Positions 44,480 to 53,415 of a DNA stretch of 64,000 nucleotides are shown here, piece after piece. The number at the start of each line of letters is the position of its first letter. Positions within the stretch are counted from its first letter, which is position 1. The translations under genes were made by a program, and so were the position numbers. Below the pieces are notes generated by a model. It had not been told where the DNA came from. It did not search any database and saw only the letters and a list, made by a program, of their open reading frames with translations. This DNA comes from a virus: IMG/VR virus record IMGVR_UViG_3300042462_000689; one strand, given 5' to 3'.

Positions 44480-46853
44480 TGCCTACTCATTCGGGCGTAT
44501 CGTCGAATACCGCCACACCGGCACTTACGCCGTAGCGCTGGACGACCGCACGCTCCTGCAGGACTGTATCTGGGTGGGTGGCGCATTGGCCGCAATGAGC
44601 GGAGTGCATCTCAAATACACCCTTCCCGTGGCGGCGCGCGTGGTCGTGATGGGTAGCTCCCCAGGTTTGATTCTTGGTGTTGTCCCAGGCCCATACGGAG
44701 ATCCCGCAACCAGGGACCGCCAGGCTGCCACGGGTGCCTTCGGGCTTAATACCACACTCACCGGCCTGTCTTCTCAGAATGCCACCGGACGGCAAATCTA
44801 CGATGAATGCGATCCACTGAGCGATCAATTACCGGGCGAGCTTGTGATGCAGAATGCGTTCAGCGTGGGCATCCAGATCATGACTCATTTCGCAAAGCTC
44901 TCCGCCGGTGAGCTGGCCAAGGTGGAATGCCATGTCCTCAATGACATGGTGCGCATCGTGAGCGACTGCTACCGCCATCATTCATCCTTTGGGGATTTCC
45001 AAATCACCAATGACGGACGGTTGAATGTGATTTGGAATGGCACCAGCTACCCACATGAGGCTGCTGGTCTGGTAAATCCCACCGACAAGAAGTTCCCGGC
45101 CGACAACAATGGTGTGGACTTCGACAGCCTGACGGATGACCTGACCAGCGCCAGCCGAAACAGGTTCTCGCAGTACATCGGTTTCCTCGGCAATTTCATC
45201 CACGTATTCGTGACAGACCCGACTTCCGTGCTCGGGGAGATGAGCAAGACAGCTTTGCGATCTGGCAAGTTCAGCGCCCATGTGGATATGGATGGATCGT
45301 TACTGATTGGATCGGTTGGGGACATTGTGCTCGAACGCAAGGTGCGCATCGTAGTCCCAATTCAACTGAAGCACCCGGAGGATCCCACCGGGGTGTTGGT
45401 CGATGGCTACGCCCAATTGAACAAGGAGTTCCTGAAGCTGTGGAAATATCCCAAGGATCCGCGGAAGATATTTGAGACGACCTACCAACTGCGGGAATAC
45501 TCGCGATTCCTGGATCAATTCCAGGGGCTGTCCAGATTCCACCAAATGGCGACCAAGGGGGAGTATCACGTCCCTTCCGAAGAGGAGACCCCGGCACCGG
45601 ACTGGCGGGGCAAACAGACCGACACTGAGGAAGCCAATGGCTATGATAATTCGACATCTTACGACACCTACGCCTGCATGCGTATCATGCGTGACGGGTC
45701 CATCATTCATTGGGACGGCACGGGTAGTTGCGTGGTGATGTCGCACGGAGACGTGCATGTGGCGGCCACCCGACACCTGACGCTGGAAGCCGCCGGGGAC
45801 GTGAGAATCATTGCAGGGGGCAGCCTCTACATGAAGGCCCGGAAGAACGTGGAGATTTCCGCAACGACCGGCTGGATGAAACTGAAAGCCAGGGCAGCAT
45901 GGCAGGCCTTGTGTGAATGGGGGACCATGTGGTTCAAGAGCGACGCCAATACCGCCAAGCCGGAGAAGGCCGAGAACACCGAGGAAGATCCGGCGCCGAT
46001 TGTGGGGCCGGCGGCCATTGTATTTGAGACCACAAAAGGCGGAGTGAAGGTTGCCAGCAAAGGCACCGTCTTTGTGGATATCGGCAAATGTCCCGAGGAG
46101 CCGGATCCCTCCTTCTCGGTAAAGACGGAGAGCGGAGGATTCATCGTGGATGCAAAGAAGGACATCCAATTCACCACACAGAAACTGTTCCATGCGACCG
46201 CACGCGGAAAGGGCTTCCTGTTCAAAGGCCCCAACATGCTGCTCGCCGGGCAGAAGTTCCAAGTGGGCAAATACGCGGAGCTTGGCGTCACCGGCCTAAA
46301 GGTCTCACAGGTGAACACCGCGCAGGTGATCTCGCACGGAGCCATCAAGGGCCCAAAGATTCCTGGTCCGAGCCCAGGGGGAAAGCCGCATCACAACCAC
46401 ATCCTCAAGCTGATGGGCGACGAGCCCGATTGGAGACCGGAGCCATTGGAATTGGAATCCGAGCCGGTTGATTGGGAGAGCACCGCCGAGGGCAAATTGA
46501 AATTCGCATTCTCGAAAAAGGAAGAATACATCCCCGATCCATATACCTTCATGGAAAGCCCGGCCCAGCAATTTCTGCGGTTGGATATGCCGGGGAAGAC
46601 GGCATTGAATTGGGCGGGTTCCTATACGGAAATCGAAAACCAATCTGAGAGACTCAAGCCGGCCGACAATGTGGACAGCAGCACTTCCGCGTTTCCTGGA
46701 TCAGGCGCGCAATTCCGCCAGCACAATGGTGGCGAGAGCCTGCACAAGCCGTCTGCCAAATCCGGAGCGGACTTGAACAAGACCACCGACCTGGTTACGG
46801 TGCCATTCACATTTACATTTCTCAAAACCGGAGCCAAATACCTCACACCATGA
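44472..46853 (+). CDS. baseplate central spike (gp5/VgrG-like)
   Basis: OB-fold-like N-terminus (FGRIVE...YAV) and beta-helix repeats (GDVHVAATRHLTLEAAGDVRIIAGGSLYMKARKNVEISA). Confidence 0.65.
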   Translation: MSDAYSFGRIVEYRHTGTYAVALDDRTLLQDCIWVGGALAAMSGVHLKYTLPVAARVVVMGSSPGLILGVVPGPYGDPATRDRQAATGAFGLNTTLTGLSSQNATGRQIYDECDPLSDQLPGELVMQNAFSVGIQIMTHFAKLSAGELAKVECHVLNDMVRIVSDCYRHHSSFGDFQITNDGRLNVIWNGTSYPHEAAGLVNPTDKKFPADNNGVDFDSLTDDLTSASRNRFSQYIGFLGNFIHVFVTDPTSVLGEMSKTALRSGKFSAHVDMDGSLLIGSVGDIVLERKVRIVVPIQLKHPEDPTGVLVDGYAQLNKEFLKLWKYPKDPRKIFETTYQLREYSRFLDQFQGLSRFHQMATKGEYHVPSEEETPAPDWRGKQTDTEEANGYDNSTSYDTYACMRIMRDGSIIHWDGTGSCVVMSHGDVHVAATRHLTLEAAGDVRIIAGGSLYMKARKNVEISATTGWMKLKARAAWQALCEWGTMWFKSDANTAKPEKAENTEEDPAPIVGPAAIVFETTKGGVKVASKGTVFVDIGKCPEEPDPSFSVKTESGGFIVDAKKDIQFTTQKLFHATARGKGFLFKGPNMLLAGQKFQVGKYAELGVTGLKVSQVNTAQVISHGAIKGPKIPGPSPGGKPHHNHILKLMGDEPDWRPEPLELESEPVDWESTAEGKLKFAFSKKEEYIPDPYTFMESPAQQFLRLDMPGKTALNWAGSYTEIENQSERLKPADNVDSSTSAFPGSGAQFRQHNGGESLHKPSAKSGADLNKTTDLVTVPFTFTFLKTGAKYLTP

Positions 46854-47617
46854 CCGACATCAACACACCCGATCCCGCGCACGAACCAAAGCCCGACGAC
46901 GCCATCGACCAGGCCGCCATACAGGAATTGCTGGCTGCCGAGGATACAACCCCAAAGGCCATTGAGCTGGATGACGACACCACCGCAGAAGTCCGGGCGG
47001 CCCTCAATGCGGAAAAGAAAGAGCCCACACCAAAGACGCATTTGCCCATCCCGGATCAATGGCAGTCCGATGTGGACACCACGAGCACGATGCTTGATTG
47101 GGCCTTCAAGCAGGAGTCCGTCGGGAAGATTGAGGTCACCGCGCAGGAGAAGGCCATTTACGAGAAGGCATTCCTTCATGACTCAAACCTTTGCTTCGAT
47201 ATTGAATTCCAGGTGGGCAGCCTGAAGCCGAAGGTTCGCGTGAACAACCTGACCATCCTGATGGAGCGGGCCATTTCCGCAGCCATCGCCAAGGATGAGG
47301 AGGAGAAGCTGGTCCAGGGCACCGCGTCCATGTGGTCCGCGATGCAGCAGTATTGCCTGGTGCTGCAGGTGCAGTCCGTCGGCAACGCTCTGTTCGCCCC
47401 GCGTGTTGAAGTCACCACGCCCCCGCAATCGGTGGAGGCGCTGCGGGACGCCATCCGCGCATCAGTCCAGACCCACATCGGAAGCATGAGCGCCGCCCGG
47501 CTGAACATGCTCATCAAGGCCGTCTGCATTTTCGAAATCAAACAAAAGCTGTGCAATGAGAACATCGTGAATCGGGAGGACAACCAGGGTTTTTGGCGTC
47601 CCCAAGGTTCCGTTTAA
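46850..47617 (+). CDS. tail assembly chaperone (G-like)
   Basis: 255 aa with acidic N-terminus; two ORFs before the tape measure; ends just after a slippery heptamer. Confidence 0.55.
   Translation: MTDINTPDPAHEPKPDDAIDQAAIQELLAAEDTTPKAIELDDDTTAEVRAALNAEKKEPTPKTHLPIPDQWQSDVDTTSTMLDWAFKQESVGKIEVTAQEKAIYEKAFLHDSNLCFDIEFQVGSLKPKVRVNNLTILMERAISAAIAKDEEEKLVQGTASMWSAMQQYCLVLQVQSVGNALFAPRVEVTTPPQSVEALRDAIRASVQTHIGSMSAARLNMLIKAVCIFEIKQKLCNENIVNREDNQGFWRPQGSV
47587..47593 (+). other. candidate -1 ribosomal frameshift site G GGT TTT
   Basis: In-frame X XXY YYZ heptamer within the overlap with the -1 ORF (open from 47560 to 47994). Confidence 0.5.
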
Positions 47618-47994
47618 TGCTGACTGCATACCTTGGGGGGCGTCCAGAAATCGTCAGGCCCGATTACCCGCACGCGATGCGGAGTGTCATCCGTGAATCG
47701 CTTTTGCTGGAGGCGGTGGGTAAATCCGCGGCCGCCGCGACGCAAATCGAGCTGCTGTTAATTGAGACACAATTCGCCTCATTGCTCGACCCGCAAAAGG
47801 CCGCCGACGTCATGCGTCGGAAAATGGCCCGTGGGCGCTGGCTTGCCCAATTGAAGGCATTTGATCTCTATGCCAAGGCGCCCGACAACATCGGCGCCGA
47901 GAGCCTGATCAAACTTTACGAGGCACTGGAAAAAGGCGGGGTATTGCAAGACGCCATCGACTCGGAGGCTGATTCCGGCGACACTGGAGGGTAA
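47617..47994 (+). CDS. tail assembly chaperone (T-like; separate ORF or frameshift extension)
   Basis: -1 frame relative to 46850; ATG 47617 in a TAATG overlap; ends 6 bp before the tape measure. Confidence 0.6.
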   Translation: MLTAYLGGRPEIVRPDYPHAMRSVIRESLLLEAVGKSAAAATQIELLLIETQFASLLDPQKAADVMRRKMARGRWLAQLKAFDLYAKAPDNIGAESLIKLYEALEKGGVLQDAIDSEADSGDTGG

Positions 47995-48000
47995 TTCGAT

Positions 48001-50628
48001 ATGGCCTTCACTGACGGCGGATACATCACTCCCGAAGACATCGCACCTTACCAGAGTGGCGGCAATAGCCCCAGCCCTGGCGAGGCGATGCGTCGTTTCA
48101 AGGCGACGGAGCGGTATTACGACTTGCAGCGCTACGCGCTCGCCACGGACCGCCGCGTCAACATGGTCAATTCGACGATGGCGGGGGCATTCAAAGGGGG
48201 TAGTCAGACTACTGAGGCGTGGGCGAGATCAGACACCGGACGAGTCAGCCGTGACTTGATCGGCCTTGCGGCCTCGCATGGCGCGCTAGGTGGTGGCAAT
48301 CCAGTGGCGCTCATAGCAGGCATGGCCTCCGCAAATGGGATGAATCAATTCCGGGTGGGCGGGCCCGGTGGTGGGATGTCCGCGTTAGCCGGCGGCGGCA
48401 TGATGGCGGACATGATTACCAAGCAGATGTATTCTGCGTTTCAGAATCATGCATTTACCTCTACGGGGGCTGCCAACCTGAACGTCACGAACGGATTCAA
48501 CAAGGACCAGATGGGGGACATATTCAAATTGATGGGCCAACGGGGAATGATGAGCGGGATGAAGATGGGGGGATTTGAAATGGCGAATGGTAAGCTGTCG
48601 TTTCTTGAGGACAAGGGATCCATGAACCGCGTGCTGCAGCAATTCGAAGGCGTGAGCAAGATGCTGGCAAACGTCCGGGACTTGGTGGGAGATCGGCACG
48701 TCACTGAACTGGCTCGCGCCGCGGAGAGTCTGACCGGTCTGTCTCTGCGCAATGCCAATCCGGCGAAGCTGGGCGAGCGTCTCAATCGTGTGCGCAACAA
48801 TGCATCAATGCTGAATCTGGATGTGGAGTCCTATATGGGGGCGCACGAGCAGCTCATGGGGATGGTAGCCCCATTGGTGGGACGTCCAATGGCCTCTGTG
48901 ATGGCCCTGCGCGCTGGTGAGACCTCCGGCATTGCCAGCATGGGGCGGACTCAAATGGTTGGAGCGGCGGCTGCCCGAGGCGAACACATCGCCAATTTTT
49001 CGACGGGCGAAATAGCAGCGCAGGGCATGCAAAGCCAGCTTCAGATGATGAGCGAGAATCCGCAATTGCTCGAAGCATCATTTGCGGCCCAGAACATGAC
49101 CGACGACAACAAGAGTAAGCTGAATGCCGCGATTGGTGCTTTCTCCAAGGTGTCCAGCCGCGAGGAGCGCATTGCTGCCAGCGCCAATCTGCGCAAAGTA
49201 TTTGAACAGACATCGGGCGTCACCACAGGCACTTACAGCAGGCAATACAGCACGCAGCGTATGCTCAATACCATCGGCCCTGAACAGCAAGAAAACCTGC
49301 ACAATGCACTGAGCGGCATGGACCAGTCGATGAACAAGAACGTCATCGCAAAGCAGATGGCCGAGAATAACAATTTCGGGTCGGGGGCAGTTGGCGGGCT
49401 GGGCGCTAAGCAGATGGGGGGTTCGATGCATGCTTTCATGAGCCTGGCTCCCGACGAGCAGCAGGATATTATAGACAAGCTGCATGCCGGCAACACTGTC
49501 GGAGCGCAGGAGGCGCTGACTGCTGCGTCCAAGGATTTGCAAGTGGGTGGTATTTCGAAGGAAGCCATATCGGGGCTCGGTAAGATTCTGGCCGGCGGGG
49601 CGGATTCGGGTGCATTTCTGAACAAAGGTCGCAGCATCCTCGCCGGGGATCCGCGCCTGCAGGGGATTGTACATCCGAGATTAGTCAGGGAGGCCAAAGA
49701 AGCCGCAGCGATGAGATTTTACGCAGAAAACGTGGTGGGCGATGCGGACGACCGCAGCAAGCCGGACATGGGGGAGCAGTTCTACCAGGGGCTGGTGAAT
49801 GGCGTGAAGACGGACAATCAAACTGTCCTGATGCAGGCAGGCGCCGATGTCGAGACATTCGCAATTGACCCGGAAACCAAAATGCCGGTAATTGCACCGA
49901 ATTTGGAGGCTTTGCTGAATACCTACGGAGCGCCAGGAAAAGACGGCAAGCCAGGGACGGAATTTTCAGATGCGATAAGAGGAAAAAGCGTTGTAGAAAA
50001 AAATGACATCATGCGGCGCTACTTGGAGAACAAGGGAGTGGCTTTTTCTGTGGATATTGCAAAAAAGACCGGGACCGCAGTCAATGCGGGGAAAAAAAAG
50101 AGCATTTTGGACCACGACCAGTTTCTTTCTGAAGCAGCACAAGAATTGTCACTGAAAGGTGTGGGTGGGGCGGCTGGCGCTGCGGAAATAGAAGCGCTGG
50201 CAAATAAGAAGGAGGCGGATGCCAAGAACAAAACCTACAACGAACGCGCAATTAACGATAATAACCGCGCGGAGATCATGAAAGAACGGATGGATGCCAG
50301 CAGCGCGCTGTGGACCGGAGCGCTGGAAGGCACCGGAGGTTGGATGGCGAATGCACTGAAGGAAGGCGATGGAAATACGGCATTCGACATGGTGATGAAG
50401 CGGTCGCTTGCAGATCCAAAAGGATTTGAAAAGGATTTGAAAAAGGCGAAGGAAGATCTCGCAGACAAGACAGGGGACAGCGCAGAAACCAAAGGAGCAC
50501 ATGCAGCCGCCCGCAAGAATTTGGCCGCCCTTGAGGACAAGATGAAAGAGGCAAAAGCCACACCCGATCAAAAAACCGCGGACAATACAAAGAAGATTCT
50601 GGATCTGCTCCGCTTAAACTTAACATGA
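48001..50628 (+). CDS. tape measure protein (probable)
   Basis: 875 aa, helical, Ala/Gly/Met-rich, after tube/chaperone genes. Confidence 0.6.
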   Translation: MAFTDGGYITPEDIAPYQSGGNSPSPGEAMRRFKATERYYDLQRYALATDRRVNMVNSTMAGAFKGGSQTTEAWARSDTGRVSRDLIGLAASHGALGGGNPVALIAGMASANGMNQFRVGGPGGGMSALAGGGMMADMITKQMYSAFQNHAFTSTGAANLNVTNGFNKDQMGDIFKLMGQRGMMSGMKMGGFEMANGKLSFLEDKGSMNRVLQQFEGVSKMLANVRDLVGDRHVTELARAAESLTGLSLRNANPAKLGERLNRVRNNASMLNLDVESYMGAHEQLMGMVAPLVGRPMASVMALRAGETSGIASMGRTQMVGAAAARGEHIANFSTGEIAAQGMQSQLQMMSENPQLLEASFAAQNMTDDNKSKLNAAIGAFSKVSSREERIAASANLRKVFEQTSGVTTGTYSRQYSTQRMLNTIGPEQQENLHNALSGMDQSMNKNVIAKQMAENNNFGSGAVGGLGAKQMGGSMHAFMSLAPDEQQDIIDKLHAGNTVGAQEALTAASKDLQVGGISKEAISGLGKILAGGADSGAFLNKGRSILAGDPRLQGIVHPRLVREAKEAAAMRFYAENVVGDADDRSKPDMGEQFYQGLVNGVKTDNQTVLMQAGADVETFAIDPETKMPVIAPNLEALLNTYGAPGKDGKPGTEFSDAIRGKSVVEKNDIMRRYLENKGVAFSVDIAKKTGTAVNAGKKKSILDHDQFLSEAAQELSLKGVGGAAGAAEIEALANKKEADAKNKTYNERAINDNNRAEIMKERMDASSALWTGALEGTGGWMANALKEGDGNTAFDMVMKRSLADPKGFEKDLKKAKEDLADKTGDSAETKGAHAAARKNLAALEDKMKEAKATPDQKTADNTKKILDLLRLNLT

Positions 50629-51155
50629 CCAACATTTTCCCATCCCGCGGATGCATCTACGCATTCCAGCAGCAGGGCAATTCCGTGGGCTTCTATGCCC
50701 TGAATCCTCCCATCACCAGCAGCAACGCAGCACCGGTGCTCATCATGGGGGCCAGCCTGCAGGACCCGGACGTGCTGGTCCCCAAGAACACCCTTGATAA
50801 TTTCCATGTGCTTTACAGCTTCGGTGCCGGCTTCGGTTCGGTGAACATCATGGGCGTTGCCCTGCTGGGAAATGAGAAGTCCGGCGGCAAAAGTTTTGCG
50901 GAGGTGGTGAAATGGTTCCAGAAGAACCGGGCATCAAATTTGAAGAAACCAGTGCAGCTCTCCCTTCCCGGCAAGGTGGCCTACAATGTGTACATTTCGG
51001 GGCTCGTAGTCGGGCAGATTGACCCCAAATTTCACACGCAACAGTTTGTCTTGGGTGGTATTGTCGCGGAGACTTCTTCCGGCCCCGCAGCCGGACGCAA
51101 GGATGGCTTCACCGGCCTGACCACCGGAAGCCTGACCACCTCGTCCTTGTCCTAA
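50625..51155 (+). CDS. tube-like/tail initiator baseplate protein
   Basis: 176 aa beta-rich; LYSFG..FGSVNI.G pattern like tube-fold proteins; directly after the tape measure. Confidence 0.5.
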   Translation: MTNIFPSRGCIYAFQQQGNSVGFYALNPPITSSNAAPVLIMGASLQDPDVLVPKNTLDNFHVLYSFGAGFGSVNIMGVALLGNEKSGGKSFAEVVKWFQKNRASNLKKPVQLSLPGKVAYNVYISGLVVGQIDPKFHTQQFVLGGIVAETSSGPAAGRKDGFTGLTTGSLTTSSLS

Positions 51156-51168
51156 ACTCTTAAAAACC

Positions 51169-51906
51169 ATGAGATGCGAACTACTTCAATTGCTGGTCAA
51201 TGGTGATGTTCCCGCGAGTCCGTGGTTTACGCCAGTCACCCCATTTGACCCTGTGACTGCCTCCGAGGAGGCGACGGCGGTTCGGGACCTCCTGAAGATC
51301 ACCGACGCCACCTCGGACTATTTTGCAATGAGCGTGCTGCGGTGTCTGGTAGGCACTCCGACATTGCTGCATGAATTCGGAATTGAGTCTGCTACGTCAA
51401 TGGCGTGGCAGCTCTACCGCAATCCGCGACTGCAGCTTCCGCAGACCATCACATTGATGCCCGACAGGAACGGCGCACCGGAAGCAAACAGGCAGGTGTC
51501 CGACTGGCCTGTGTCTGTAGATTTTCAATTGCTATGCGTCGAGCCGAAGGCCGCGCGTATTTCCTGCGGCGGCCGATCGGAGCAAGTGCATGCGTTCTTT
51601 ACCAATGAGGACCTGTTTGTGGAATGGCCTTCCTGGGTTGGACTCAAAGGGGCATTGCGGTTCCTGGACGGCGTTAAGCACTGGACTCCCTCCTACGTCA
51701 TTGCGTTCAAAAACATCCCTGCCAATTATCCGACGAGGGCGGCATTGGCGGCCCTGCAAAAGACCACCGCGTGGCTGACGCTTCTTGAGAAACAGAACCT
51801 GCTTCAGCATTACATGGGTGCCGGTGTGGATGTGACAGAGCGGATGGCCCTGGTCGCGCTGGCTTTGATTCGGGACACCCGCATGCGTATTCCATATGAG
51901 CAGTAA
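51169..51906 (+). CDS. baseplate-region hypothetical protein
   Basis: 245-aa ORF in the tail operon. Confidence 0.65.
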   Translation: MRCELLQLLVNGDVPASPWFTPVTPFDPVTASEEATAVRDLLKITDATSDYFAMSVLRCLVGTPTLLHEFGIESATSMAWQLYRNPRLQLPQTITLMPDRNGAPEANRQVSDWPVSVDFQLLCVEPKAARISCGGRSEQVHAFFTNEDLFVEWPSWVGLKGALRFLDGVKHWTPSYVIAFKNIPANYPTRAALAALQKTTAWLTLLEKQNLLQHYMGAGVDVTERMALVALALIRDTRMRIPYEQ

Positions 51907-53413
51907 TATCTCATTCAGGGAGCCAAAGGTCAGCGGGGATGTGGGCGGAATCAAGCTGCGCATATCCGGAGCGCAGACGACGATGACGATCAATGAGATG
52001 CCGTCGTTGGCACTTTCTGTGCATCCGCAGGGAGTCAGATCAGGCGACCTGGTGGACCTGAGTTCTCCCGACATTACCAAATGGCTCGCCCAGAATCAGA
52101 CCCAGAAGTTCACGGACCTGACCACCGTCAATGTGTATCAGGATTCTGGATCCCGGAATTATCTGACTACCGCCGGGCTGCTCACGACGTCCGCTTACGA
52201 AGCGTCAAAAAGCTCATTTGAGGTGCATCTGGCACTGGCGACGAATGCGGCCTATTTGCAGGCTCTGCGCACCCACATTTACCGGACGGAGGGCAACGAG
52301 GCAAAGGACGACGATGAGCTGCTGCATGCGACCAGCATGGCGGAGATGTTCAGCCTGGTGCTCGACCGGCTGATCAAAAAATGGATTGAGAAGGCGAACG
52401 CGCGGACTGTCACAATGGCAAAGCTGGACGCGAAGATTATGGATCAGATGCATGCAATCAACGAGCAGCACAAGACCAAATGGCAGCGTCTGTTCAGCGA
52501 CAGCACGGCAACCACCAAGCTGCCGTTTATGCCGGACATGACGCAGGACATAAATGAGAAGATTCAGGATACCATCCGACAGGTGTTTCTGACGCAGGGA
52601 CGGGATTTCTTTCAGCAGATCCTGACGCTCTGCGAAATGTTTAACCTGCTCTATATTCCCGACGTCGGGGGAACAGACGCACCCTATGGGCGTTTAATCT
52701 CAAAGGACGCGGTGATGGGAGAGACTGCGCCCGGTATTATTTCTGCGACCCATTTCACATCCAGGCTTGGGGCCTACGATGTGGTGCCCCTGGCTGCCGT
52801 GGTGGTCGTCGGGCAGGGCACGGAGAATGTGAAGGAGTCCGGGTCGGATAAAGGAATGCCAACGGCCCCGGTGTATGCTACGTGGCCGAATCCGCTGCCG
52901 GAAAAATCAAACGGGCGATTCGAGCAAATCCCATTGCCCGTCTGGTTGCCTGCCATTTACGGTCCGTTGGATATGGATGACGCGGTCAAGGAGGCCAACG
53001 CGATGGGGTTGGATGCGAATGAATACATGCGCACAAAACACAAGCCGCGCAAAGACAGCATGGATAAGCAGCAGACGGCGCAGAGGAGCATCCTGGCGTG
53101 GTGGGCTCGGCTTGCGTATTTGGACATAGCCTTGGGACGGGATACGCTGAGCCTGGACATTCCGTTGGATTTTAGGGCGCAGCTCGGATACCGATATGCT
53201 GTGACCGACCGCAACAAGAAGAAGATGTTTACTGGCTTCCTGGCACACATCGCGCATTCCGTGGTGGTGGGTGAGGACAGCGAGAAATCCGCAACCGGCG
53301 ACGCCACCACCAGCCTCGTGTTCACGCATGTGGAATGTGAGGGGTTCGTGCTGCCCAACAAGGGCGCTCCATTTAATGCATTGCCGAAGCCACCGGAGAT
53401 CGCCAAAGAATAG
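51896..53413 (+). CDS. baseplate hub-like protein
   Basis: 505 aa; position after tape measure/initiator; function by synteny only. Confidence 0.5.
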   Translation: MSSNISFREPKVSGDVGGIKLRISGAQTTMTINEMPSLALSVHPQGVRSGDLVDLSSPDITKWLAQNQTQKFTDLTTVNVYQDSGSRNYLTTAGLLTTSAYEASKSSFEVHLALATNAAYLQALRTHIYRTEGNEAKDDDELLHATSMAEMFSLVLDRLIKKWIEKANARTVTMAKLDAKIMDQMHAINEQHKTKWQRLFSDSTATTKLPFMPDMTQDINEKIQDTIRQVFLTQGRDFFQQILTLCEMFNLLYIPDVGGTDAPYGRLISKDAVMGETAPGIISATHFTSRLGAYDVVPLAAVVVVGQGTENVKESGSDKGMPTAPVYATWPNPLPEKSNGRFEQIPLPVWLPAIYGPLDMDDAVKEANAMGLDANEYMRTKHKPRKDSMDKQQTAQRSILAWWARLAYLDIALGRDTLSLDIPLDFRAQLGYRYAVTDRNKKKMFTGFLAHIAHSVVVGEDSEKSATGDATTSLVFTHVECEGFVLPNKGAPFNALPKPPEIAKE

Positions 53414-53415
53414 CC

